From Kudoa neothunni (lineage: Eukaryota > Animalia > Cnidaria), in contig OZ199838.1 of assembly GCA_964304625.1 (NCBI GenBank), forward strand, positions 3,980,705 through 4,044,704: a DNA stretch of 64,000 nt. The letters run 5' to 3'. The notes beneath the pieces were generated by a model. That model was given only the letters and a program-made list of their open reading frames with translations. It ran no database searches and was not told where the DNA came from. Below, piece after piece: positions 27,889 through 39,840 of this stretch; position 1 is the stretch's first letter, and each line of letters opens with the position of its first letter. Made by a program: the position numbers and the translations under genes.

Positions 27889-29199
27889 TCGCGGTGTATA
27901 CAAAATAAAATCTGTATAAAAGTGGGTGAATAAGAGTTACGAGATTTAAAATATCGGCGCGCATGCGCGGGGTTATATTTAAGGTTCAAATTTAATGTGC
28001 AAATAGTTGTGCTATTAAATTATTTATTGTTATGTAAACAAATTTTATTTTCGTCTGTTAGGCTTTTATGGTATTAACCCCAGGTAATCAAAATCGGACG
28101 TGGAAAATTGGGAATTAAGCGATTGAAACTCTAAATGGACATTTTATTAATGTGCTCGTGCATGGAAAATATTTAATGGAGAATTAATGATTAATGCGCT
28201 TCATTTTTTCTTTAAATTTTCATAATGGGTAGAGTATATTCGCACTAGCAAAAAAAGAGATAAAAATCTGGAGTAAACTTGGATCCCAATTCTATTAGGA
28301 AAAGTATTAATTAGTGTTACCTAATACTAAAAAGGTTAAAATTAATACGCTAGAGTATCGAATCTCTGGTATTACAATTTATTGCATTAATGCATTCCTT
28401 GTTTTACATGTTATTTTCGATATACCAAACATGTACTCTTATCTTTAAAGGTAGAATTAATTCTTGTACAAAATAATATTATAAATATGTAAATTAAAGT
28501 TGTTAGTAATATTTACATTATAGAATAAATTAATAATTTCCCCATTCATATATTATTGAATTTTTTGACTCGAAGTCCTTTGTTGCCACTAATATCGCGA
28601 AATTTTTGTACCCATTGTATTTTTTTAAAATCAGTTTAATGTATGTGTAATAATGTTTTTAGTTATATTTATAATATAAAAATATATGCATGATTATAAT
28701 GTTTTAGGCGCATCAATTTTATGATTACTATAAAATCACCTTCGAGGAAAAACCGAATATGAAGTCCTTCTAATTCTTATAAAAAATGTTCTGCTGAAAT
28801 TATTTAAATAAAACTAATTTCATTATAATTAAATAAATAAATGAGTAAAATCAAATTAAAAAAAGTATCACGGGGTTTAAAACCCTCGATCTTAAATATT
28901 ATAATAATACGAACATTTTGGAACTTTGATTGATTATAATCGATTTATAGATAAGAGTATCAAGAATTTACCAATTTATAAATATTGAATTCAATTCAAT
29001 TATTATAGTCATGATTAATTTGAGAAATCTTAAGATTTTATTTATAAACAAAAAAATTCAGTCTTATTATTTGTTAATTCTGTTTTCTAAACTTGTTTTC
29101 TCATTAAGTTCTCATATTACAGTATTTCACGACCAAGATGCAAAAATGGCGCATATCTATTAAGATGTTAAACTTTCTTTTAAAAATTTCAATAAAAAC

Positions 29200-30433
29200 T
29201 TAAAAAAGGCTATGCAACGCTGAAATAACAGAGGATGTCTAAATTTTATTCATATATATTTTTATTTCTAATTGTTAATTTCTTCTGAGCTTTTTCTAAT
29301 ACATTCGAATAGCTCTGAATGTGTTTTGGATCCCATCCGTTTCACAATGGATGTAAGTAGTCCAAATACCTCCTCAACTGGATTAAGGAATGGCGAATAG
29401 TGTGGTAATAGCAATAATTTATGGGGGCTGTTTGCAATCAATGCCTTACACTTTCAGTTCTATGAAATGCGATGTTATTCATTATTAAAATAGCTCTTTC
29501 TATTGAATCTGCTTCTAAATCTTAGAAAATATATTTGAAAAATGAGGAGAAAAATTAGTTTACACCGCCGGTGTGAATTTTAAATCCCCAAATCTTTTCA
29601 CTGCTCATGGCTGCTATTAACGTACTACTTTGGGATCTAATAGACTTCATTTTTAAGTTTGCTTTAGTTCCCGTGAGTGATTCGTCTTGAGAACGTCGAG
29701 TTGACAGAGAAAACTCAGATTCGTTATCAAATAGAATTTCAAAATATGCTGGTTCCAGATGTGTGTATTCGCTCACATAACTAAGAAAATCATAAGCCAA
29801 TTATAAAAATTTATTTTATACTCGTATCTTAACGAAATAGTTATAAGAGAATTCCTGCCCATTGGCACTAATGATATTTTTAAATTCCATCGTGATTTAA
29901 ACCAAGAAATCAATCATGGGTCATTACTAAGCTTAGGTTCAATTCTTTTATCAAATGGTTTCTTTCATGTACGATATCATGAGCAGATAGTTTAATTTTA
30001 TTTCTCTCTGAAGAAGCCGAACCAGTTTATAAGACACCACTATATCTTTCTTTCTAATCGAGATGATATCTAGAGTAGAAATAGAAGGGAGTTTAAATTT
30101 CAGCAAAGTAATATTTTTGCATTCCTGTTTAGTATACTCTAAAAAAATCAATAAATTAATATTTTAGTTTTATTATTTCCCCATTTTTAAGTTTTCCAGA
30201 CATTATAAATATAAAAAAGGCACACCACTAAATCCGCCTATAGATAGCTGAAAAGTTGCGGAAAATCGGTTAAGCGCTAATAATAGGAAAAAACCACTTT
30301 CTAATGTCCAATTATTAAAATTGTTGTAAATTATTATTAAAATCGACAAATTAAATAAAATATATGATTTAAATATTAAAATAATATTTTAAGGGAAGAA
30401 AGTCTAAAGGTAGCGAAAATCGGTTACCTACTG
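29200..30433 (-). mobile_element. Tc1/IS630-like DD34E transposon, decayed
   Basis: FDNESEF (first Asp region), and MNNIAFH..LPHYSPFLNPVEEVF with 34 residues between the mutated Asp and the Glu after one frameshift correction. End CGAAAATCGGTTACCTACTG|TA. Left TIR not identified. Confidence 0.85.
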
Positions 30434-30435
30434 TA

Positions 30436-31461
30436 CAATGTTCTACACGTGCCCACATACACGATATATGGGCGCTCATGGACTGAATTTGGTTTGATCA
30501 CAATGGATCATGACATTAGGACTAATAATGATGAAAATGAAAACGAACTTTCAGAAATCTTTGTTCTACCTGATGCCGACATATCTGAGTCAGATTCGTA
30601 TTTTGACTACGATCCAGTGATTATATCGTCAAATATGAAAGGAAAAGAATGCGTGTCATCAGATGATTCTGACATTGAAATTGATTCCGAAATTAATTCA
30701 GAAACCAAATAGAAAAAGGCTTTGAACAACGCAGGTTTGAAACAGGAATTATCCAACAATAACGATAATTTTGAAAATTTAAACGGGTTAATTCATCCCA
30801 TTGGTTATTTTAATAAATTATTCGATAATGAACTGCATGAATTGATTGTTGTCGAATCAAATCGATACGCAATACCACAAAGACCGAAAACTCTTGATCT
30901 GCTATCCTTTGCTTACTCAGTTCATGAGTCATTGTTATATAAAAATCAATTAACCATACAAACTCGTAGACGAAGCCGCCAAAATATTGATCCCACTCCA
31001 AACAATATCAGCGAAAACATAAAATTACCACGAAACAAATATATTTAATTATCCCATCAAATAAAATTTGGTAATATAAATCTTTACCTGAAATAACTTC
31101 ATTTCCAAGAAGATGCAAAATTTTCGGAAGAAAACCCCAAGTAGTAGTAGTAGTTTGTTTGAAATGTAATGCTCCATGCTGATTTGTGAATGGTAAAAAT
31201 TGTTTATACATTTATAATAAAAATTAATTTACATTTTATAAACCATTTTATGTTCTTTATGTAATTCCTTTCGATTTCTATCGTGCGCACAAATTACGGT
31301 CTGCTAATGCCGGATGTTCGGTATACGGATCAACATTGATAACCATTTTTATGATATGTTAAAAGGTATTATAAGAAAATGAATATCGGTTTTAAGTTAA
31401 AATTACTTATTTAAATTTATATTTTTTTTCATAGATAAATAGAAATTCAGACGTGAAAGGG
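30436..31461 (+). mobile_element. Internally deleted piggyBac
   Basis: Acidic N-terminus (30449..30712), HPIGYFNKLFDNELHELIVVESNRYA, Cys-rich tail RRCK..CLKCNAPC..KNC, and right end GTGAAAGGG|TTAA. Confidence 0.8.
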
Positions 31462-31749
31462 TTAACCACAATAAAAGGCAGCGTACATATTGACTGAGGG
31501 TATGAGGGAGCGTGGGAAATTATGATGTTTATTTACAAAATATTTTATTTAATTAAAAATTATAATTGAAATCTATTCTAACAAAAGAAAATATTTAGAG
31601 ATACTGAATTCTAATATGTTTTTTCATAACATGTCTGTGCTGAATTGGCAAAACAGACACAATAGGCGTGCCAACGTTAGTTCATCTTGTCGAAGGTTGG
31701 CGAAAACAATAGTCGTGGGATTTTCGTCGGCAGAGCGCAAAGTTGCATA

Positions 31750-32684
31750 ATGAGCTACGGTGACGAAAGAAAGATATTTATAGGGAATCTACCCAAAGAT
31801 GTGAGGACAAGTGAAGTGGAAAAATTGTTCTATAAGTTTGGAAATATTCGTCATGTTGATGTACGCGGTTTTACTTCGGGCTCACCTTACGCCTTTCTAG
31901 AGTTTGATCATTACAAGTAGCAGTGATCTATTGCAGTTTATAATTTTGATATTATTCTGTTAGAGATGCCAGAGATGCTATTCGATCGCGAGATGGATAC
32001 AACTATGATGGTTATACACTGAGAGTGGAATACCAACGAGGTACAAGAAGAGGTAGAGGTCGCCATCCTGATGATAGTTATTACGACCGAGGAAACGATC
32101 GCAGCAACTATCGCAAAAGTCAACCCCCTCAAAGAACCAACTATCGTGCTAAAGTGTCCGGATTGCCCAGGTCGGGCAGTTGGCAAGACGTGAAAGACCA
32201 CGTCAGAACAGCTGGTGAAGTTGCTTATGCGAACGTATTCAACGATGGCACTGGCGTCATTGAATTTTTTCGAGAAGATGATCTTCACCGGGCAGTTCGT
32301 GAGATGGATAAAACTCGTTTCAAATCACACGAGGTATTAATTGTTCCGTTTTGCATGCAAACTCCATTCAACTTATTTTATAGGGCGAAACATCAATTAT
32401 TCGCTTAAGAGTGCAGGGTGAAGGATCTTCATCAAGGTCACCGAGTTCAAAAGGTAGAGGTGTTTCGCGATCTAGATCGCTTTCCCCGCTCGAGATCTAT
32501 TTCTAGATCGCGCTCCAAATCACTCTCTAGGTCTCTGTCCAAGTCACGCTCTAGATCTCGTTCCAGATCTAACTCTAGGTCGGCCTCTAGATCTCCTGAT
32601 AATGACGATGTACATGTTGATAGTAGGCTAACACCCGTCGACGAGAACTACAATGGCACTGTTGAACCAGTCGCCGAAAAGTAA
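31750..32684 (+). CDS. SRSF1: SR splicing factor, SRSF1/SRSF9 family (RRM, pseudo-RRM, RS); 3 exons
   Basis: KIFIGNLP..YAFLEF..RDGYNYDGYTLRVE, SGSWQDVKDH, FKSHE|GET and an RS tract. Introns 31917-31963 and ~32333-32383. One extra C at 32484-32487 shifts the RS domain. SRSF1 versus SRSF9 is not resolvable by eye. Confidence 0.9.
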
Positions 32685-33998
32685 GCTGTTCGTTTTGAGT
32701 GATAGGTCAATTAAGATTAATGTTTTTGTATTAACCATAGTGATTCTGCTCTTGATATATCAAAGGATGGAGAGTAATTCTGTTAGCACACATCCTCCTC
32801 TATTCAAAAAACAACGGTTCAATCATCTCCTCTTTCCGCACAAGAATTGGTTCCTAACAGTTCTGCTTTTAATATGAATTGTTGATGTTTATTATTCTGT
32901 TTGATGATTTGTTGCCGCTGCATGATACTTAATATTTATCCCAACATTCTGTTGATGTATTCTCTTCCAATGATGTTGTTGCCATGGGATCTAGTTTGTT
33001 GTACATTTTTACTGTATTACTACTGTAGGTGCTGGTAGGATTTAAAATTTACTAATAGAAGCGCCATAATATGATGATAGATGATGTGATTCGAGGAATC
33101 ATCAGGATTTCTGTTGTAAATAGAGCACATACAATCGAATTTATTTTTCTTTACTTCCGCTGGATGATTTTTACTATCAAAGTTACCAACTTATTGTTGC
33201 TGTCACTGTAGTTGCATTGTTTTACGTTTCTACAGCGGTTGATTTTATCGCTATTTTCTTGCGGATAAATAGATCCAGCAGCAATATACGTAATTTCACA
33301 GAAATGGTTCATTTATCTTATTCCAGCTTGTGATGAATCCGTGTGTGGTTTTATATTCCTCTTAAATCATCTTTTCAAGACGAATGTTTGACGGATGGGA
33401 TGACCTGACCCATGGTGAAATTTCCGTTATTATGTCCTTTTTAATAATAAAATGTGTGATACTTTGGAGTAACAACTCTGAATGATGATCGTATTGGGAA
33501 TTTTACTAGTTTGTGTTAAAATATCTATGATAATGTTTTGCTTTTGTGGGCTATAACACGGGGCAGACAGCGAATCATTAAAATTTAAGTAGGTATGTAA
33601 AATATCAATCTTATCACTGCAAAGAGCGATGTCACCTATGAATTGTTAGGATGAGAATTTATACTAGGTTGGATAATTTGTTGTGGGTTTCACCTAAAAC
33701 TAGTTCGATGGTTGTCGAATGAGCTTGTGGGAGCACGTAAGTGAGAATTAATTCAACTCGATGAAACTACTGAAATGTTACTGTCGCGTATAAATAGATT
33801 ACTGGCTCCAATTTTTTTGAATTTAAGAATGAATTTTAATTTTAAACAAAATAATCGATAGTTTGATTGTTATAGTAAACTGACTGCATACAAATCAATT
33901 AACAGGGGCGAGACAATCGGTAGCACTTTGGAATCAGCGCATTAGCTCGCTAATTTAAATTCTCCCTAGTCCCACGTGACATAGAAACCAAATTCGCG

Positions 33999-36900
33999 AT
34001 GTCGCTCGTTTCTAGAGCGTTTCTGATTCCGAAAATAAATACAGCTGTATTAGCGAATCTAGCGCGGTTACCTTGGAGATCCTTTCGGCGCAATGTAATG
34101 GGGAAGGTGATGACCCCTTCAACCCAACTCATAAAAACAATGATGAACCATGAGGGATTATTTTTGATGCTGTTCCATGCCCAGTACGCGTGACTTTTTG
34201 CGCCTAAGTTGATTTTAAAATGTTTAGATGGTGTGAAAAATGCCAAGAGTTTGTACCTGATGTAGAAGAGTTGTTGGACGATTACCCAGGTGTTGAATTG
34301 TATTTGGTGGACGTCGAGGTGGATAGACTCACAACTGAAGCTTTCGGGGTACGCTTTTTTAATTTAAACATGTTTTATTGTTATAAGTTTGAAGTGTTTA
34401 CCAACTTCCATTTCAGTATATTTAACTTTGATGTTAACTACGCTTTCTCGTTAATATTTTATTGTTGTAATATAATTGATTGGCACGAGTTATTGCGTCC
34501 ACGATTCTAACAATCTTATCGATGTGTTCACAACCAATTAAAGCATAATAGGTCATAATTGTTTCTTTTTTGTTTCCATACAAAATTTAATCTAACCAAT
34601 TTGTTTATGATATTAAAATAGTTGTTTTTGCAAATTAGGGAATTAATAGTTATTACACTTCCTTAACTTCCGTTTTTTTACGAGAGTGAATTTTTGATAC
34701 GAATCATTTTATTAAAAACCAGCTTCAACTTGAAATAATTATCGTAATTTTGTTATTGCCACTGCTCCATTTAAAGTTTGATATATCTACTGACTTAGTT
34801 ATAATTTGAAATGATCATTTTATTGATATTTATGGTATTGCATTTCAACTAATAACCATGGAAACCAATTAAAATATCAGGATTAGTAACTTTTAAATAA
34901 AAAATTGGTAATGGTAAACGAGGCGGCTACTAAATTTCAACCGCTCAGCTTCATTTATTTTCACCGATTCTTTCACGATAATTCTTTTACAATTTTAAAT
35001 GTTGGGCAGGGTGGTTCAATTCCCCAAAAAATTTAATTATAAATTTTTAAAAATCTTAGGATTAATCCTCCAATTGTGTTATTTAAGTCTGTATTTTATT
35101 AGGATTTAAATTGTTATATCCTATTTGTACCATGTATACTTTATAGTTACACACTTTTCAATGTCCATAATGAATCGAATATTTTCTCCGTGATCATGCG
35201 GAATTATTCGCGTTAATAGTAAAAAATATCAGAGGTAATAAGGTAGGATGTGGCACGTCAAATACACCCCTCTGTGCATAGTTTTTTCGCCGATTCTTTC
35301 ACGATTTTTTATAATGAAAAAATAAATACCGAGAGGAAGAATTCGGATAATTATAATATCATCTAATTTTGTTGCGAAATCCCGAATACAACACCATCGG
35401 TACACGTGAATTCTTCGTTAAGTTTCTAATGGCCGATGAAAATACATTTTGTTTTTTATACACTAACTTCTAAATTGATTATACGCCTTGGTAGTATTTT
35501 TATTAATGGATCATCTCAAAATTATTCGACTAAGCCGTTTAATTAAGCCCTACACATCTTATTTTAAATTATCTTCTCTATTTTGTTTGTACGTCGCCTT
35601 TGAACTTTTCTAAATAATAGTACGATCAATCATTACTTACTTTAGTTTATAAATGTTTTGAATTAATTTATCTCAATTATAAAAAAAGTTATAATCATTA
35701 TATCACCAAAATTTTACCATAAAATTTTACTTGTGACAGTATAAGCAATCTTCGAACCTCGTTACATTTAATAATTTTAAATAAAATGTTGTAACAGTTA
35801 ATTTTTGTAGAATCATTTTTTATAAAAGATATTTATACAAAATACAATGAGCAATATGAATCGTAATTTAATAGTATATTGCTTAACATATACTATGTCA
35901 TTTATTTTTTTTGATACATATGGTCTTTAAATTTTATGTTCAATCTTTTCTTATATTTTTAAAAATAGTTATTTTATTTTAAGTCTTCTGTTATAATTTG
36001 TAATTTGTTGGGGGAAATTTACAAATAATTGTGGTTTTCCTATATTTCTATAATATTTTACCATTTACCAGTTGCTTTCACATTATATTACAAATTTAAC
36101 ATTAATTCTTTGTTCACGATAAATTGTTATAAAAATTATTTAAACGAAGCAGTTACTACGACATAATTTGATAAAATGATAAATAATTGGCACACTATAG
36201 TTTTCAAAAAATTTCATTTAATGTACCGGCCGCTCACTGGCCGATAATTTTTCTGCTTCCCGTGAAAGATTATTTCGTCATTTTCAATAAAATTTTCTTT
36301 ACCATCAAATGGTTTACGTATATGAAAATTAGAAGCACGAATATTCCTAATTTTTTAAACCATAGCCCGCTGTTTTTGTGGTTACACCAATATTTTCGGA
36401 GGCGGATAAAATTGTTTCATCCATGCCCCAGTTGTAAATAGTCTTATATATTTTCTCCGCCGTTAAGCTTGGGATGTGATGAAATAAATTCAGACTCAAA
36501 AATAGTTCCACTTCGAGGAGATACCCTAGTTTTACAGCTTCGAATTGTAAAACTAGTATTTAGAAATAGAATAGTTGATTTTGACAAAGATGACTTAATG
36601 AATAATCCGCATCATTTCTTTCATACGATTCTATTTTACACATTGGCCATTGAAGGTTTAGAATCCTATTGGTGGGGAAAACAATTGAAATTGTAGCAAT
36701 TGATACATCTAAAAGAAAAAGGAAACAGATATTCGTTTTCTACAAGTATATTCAACAATTTAAGGAGGTTATAAATCAATATAAAATCTTCATTGTCAAA
36801 GCAACACGAAGAACTCATTTTCTCTAACGCGGGGAAATTTGATAAACTACTAGCTTAAATATTTTATACTTTGTTATTTAAATGCAACGAAACATTACTA

Positions 36901-38924
36901 AAAATGATACTAAGGGGCATAATCAATCTAGAACTTGGTGCATAAAAAATAAAATTTGTTTTCATTGGTCATTGGAAATTTAACGAAGATTTAATGTGTA
37001 CCAATGGTGTGTATTCGAGATTTCGTAACAAAATTAGATGATATTATAATTATCTGAGTTCTTCCTCTCGGTATTTATTTTTTCATTATAAAAAATCGTG
37101 AAAGAATCGGCGAAAATAAATGAAGTTGAGCGGTTGAAATTTAGTAGCTGTCTCCGTTACCATTACCAAAAATTTTAGTGAGACCGTCGTAGTGGTCGAT
37201 CTGTTGTACTATGTTATTACAAAAATCAAGAATCTAATGAGTTGTTATGCATTAATTAGCGTTTTATTCATTTCATTATTTAATCCAACAGAATAATGCA
37301 TGCGTTATACGTACAACAATAGATGTTATGTTTTCATTAAACTATAATAATTCCCCCTTCCATAATGTAAATGTATTTTTTATGTTATTACCTATAATTA
37401 ATCATGCAATTTTAATTGATTTTTTTTTGAATTTTAAATAATTTAATTGGTTAATCTTAATTGTCAATAATAATGTAATTGGAATATTAAGTACTTTCAA
37501 AAACAATAACTAATGAACGGCTTAGTTATCTAAATTGCGATATTCTGAAAATTAAGTTGAGCTTTAAAGTATGTATAATTGAGGTTTATTGTTCCCCAAT
37601 ATTGCTCGGAGATTGTAAATCTTCATGTGACTTACTAAAAGTTAAAGATAAGCCACTCTGTTTATGAGCTTTTTGATTACTACTCAAAAAAATCAAGAAC
37701 AGCCACGTTCCTTATCTAAAACAAGACCTTAACCATTGTTTTTTAGGGTTTTCACACTGATGCGTTATTTGGTAATTTTTTATTATTTAAATTGCAGTTG
37801 GTCTTTAATTGGTGATGTATTAATAAACAATTTTGATTTAAGCCATTATAACTAATAGATTAAATAATGGTTTAGTTTAATGTACAATTTTATATGCCAT
37901 GAAAATAATTTTATAATTTTAATGGAAAGCGTGTGTGAAGTAAAAAATTTTATTTCCACAAATAATAAATTTTAAGTAATTTCCTTTTATTTTTGCAGTA
38001 TGTTTGACACACGAGCTTCGATTTGTGCATCACTAATCAATATCTATTCGCGGTTGCGTTGAAGCTATAAAATTCGATTAATTTTTAAATTTATGTAGTT
38101 GAAGTTTTTTTCAATTGTTTATTTGCAATTATTGAAATAATTAGTTCGTTAAATTAATTCTTGTACAAGTAATTTTTGCTTCAAGCATATATGACTTTTA
38201 TTTTGTTCAAGGATGTGATGGAAATGTTGTTTCCGATGTTTGTTTTTAATGCAGTGGCTATTTGCATGGCAAAATTTAATCCTAAAGGCCTATGCGCGTG
38301 CTCAATAGAACTTGTTAAACTAGAAACTCTTGTTCACAGGCTGTATACGGATTTAATTTTTTAGAATCTGCTATATTTAATGACACCTGAATATTTTTTA
38401 CCGAGCAAATAGCCACTTTCTTTTTTTAACATTAAATTAATAAAAATATTGTGTATTAATTATGAATATCAGTATAATAAGGATTCATTATTATTCTAGT
38501 TAACGATCTTTATTTTCAAATGTCTGTTTTTATGTTGCTTAAAGCAAATGTGAACTCATCTAAAAATTGTTTATAATATGAAAACCAAATTAATATTGAT
38601 TACAGTAAATAATAAAAAAATCATATATAACCATTTTATCATTAAAAGCTTTTATAAATAATGCCATATCCTTTCTTTGAAGTGTTAAATGGCTAATTTA
38701 CAAAATTAATGTTTAAAATGAAATTTGGTAAACAATAAATTTGCTTAGTAACAACTTTTAGAAATTGAATTAACAATAGTATGAAACAAAAGCTAAATAT
38801 TTTCTGTATCTAGGTGAATTTGGTGCCAACCCTTATGGGTTTTCGTGACGGAAGTCAAGTATTGTATAAATATGGCAATTTGGACGTGAATCTGATAGCG
38901 GATGCGCTGGATAAAGTTTTATGA
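33999..38924 (+). CDS. TXN2: Mitochondrial thioredoxin (WCEKC), exons 33999-34183, 34228-34348, 38814-38924
   Basis: Arg-rich, acid-free N-terminal presequence; FHAQ|WCEKC; LVDVE. The distant third exon VNLVPTLMGFRDGSQV..G..IADALDKVL* supplies the cis-Pro VPT and FxxG motifs in the correct phase (0). Confidence 0.85.
34907..37167 (+). mobile_element. Merlin-like element with >200-bp TIRs inside thioredoxin intron 2
   Basis: TIR begins GGTAATGGTAA. Left arm 34907-~35460 (interrupted) pairs with right arm ~36950-37167. Flanks AAAAAATT / AAAAATTT are TSD-like. Internal remnants CPSCK and IGGEN..IVAIDTSK resemble the ISXO2 motif IGG..IVEIDESK. Confidence 0.75.
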
Positions 38925-39155
38925 ATTTATATTTACTCACTTGCGAGTTTCATGTGTTGATAATTTTTGTTGGCCGATTTTATTGCTTTCATATTTAACA
39001 CGCGCGATTAAATGGGAACGAAAGAAAGATACATTTCTTTTATTTTCCGTTAATATCATTGTGATTATGTGCAGCAGAGCATTAACCACTTGTCCATAGA
39101 GTTACATCTCTCAGAAAGTGTACAGTTAAACGGAAACAAAATATAAAAAGTTGTT

Positions 39156-39690
39156 ATGGTATCCGAAAGACCATATCCTATGTGTTCACGTTGTAGAAAT
39201 CACGGAAAAATAAATCGTATTAAAAATCACAAATATTATTGCCCCTTTTTAGCGTGTTGTTGTGCGAAATGTATCGTTCTAAAGGAGAAACAAAGGATAA
39301 TGGCAAAACAAATATATATACGCCGTAAACAGGACGAACGTAATATCTCTTTATCTGCCATAAAAGCTGATTTTGTTTTAAAACTTACTAAAATACATTT
39401 TAGTTGGAAAATTTGCCCCCAAATCATTAATATTTGACAATCAAACCAACCCTACTAACGTAACTACTAACGAACCACATATGGTACCACCAAAAATGGT
39501 GATTGACTACAAGACTAACATGAATTTTTCACCAAACTACAACCAGATAAGAAGGGCTGCAAATACCCTTCAAAAACTATTCCCCAAACTAAGCTTTTGT
39601 ATGTTTGCACAACTGTTGATAAAGTTCAATTATGACATTATTGCCGTTATCGAATTTCTCACTAGCAGCTTAACTGTTCCATTCGTATAA
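39156..39690 (+). CDS. DMRT: Doublesex/mab-3-related transcription factor (DM plus DMA-like domain), 156 aa, 2 exons
   Basis: DM domain PMCSRCRNHG..KNHKYYCPFLACCCAKC..QRIMAKQIYIRRKQ. Intron 39340-39403 joins it in frame to a DMA/CUE-like segment AANTLQKLFP..FNYDIIAVIEFL. Confidence 0.9.
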
Positions 39691-39840
39691 AAAGCTTTTG
39701 TTTATTTATTGGATTTTTCGCTTACAAAAATTTTTTTATAATGCAACCAAAAATAATGCTGAAAGTTTGTTTAGACAATAATTTACATTATCTAAAAATA
39801 ACGTGGTAGAGATCCACTTTAAATTAGAGTTTGTAAAATC

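Noticed and set aside
34388-34560. Proximal third exon for thioredoxin (FEV..PTS)
   Set aside because: It needs a frameshift and lacks the FxxG motif; exon 38814-38924 fits cleanly.
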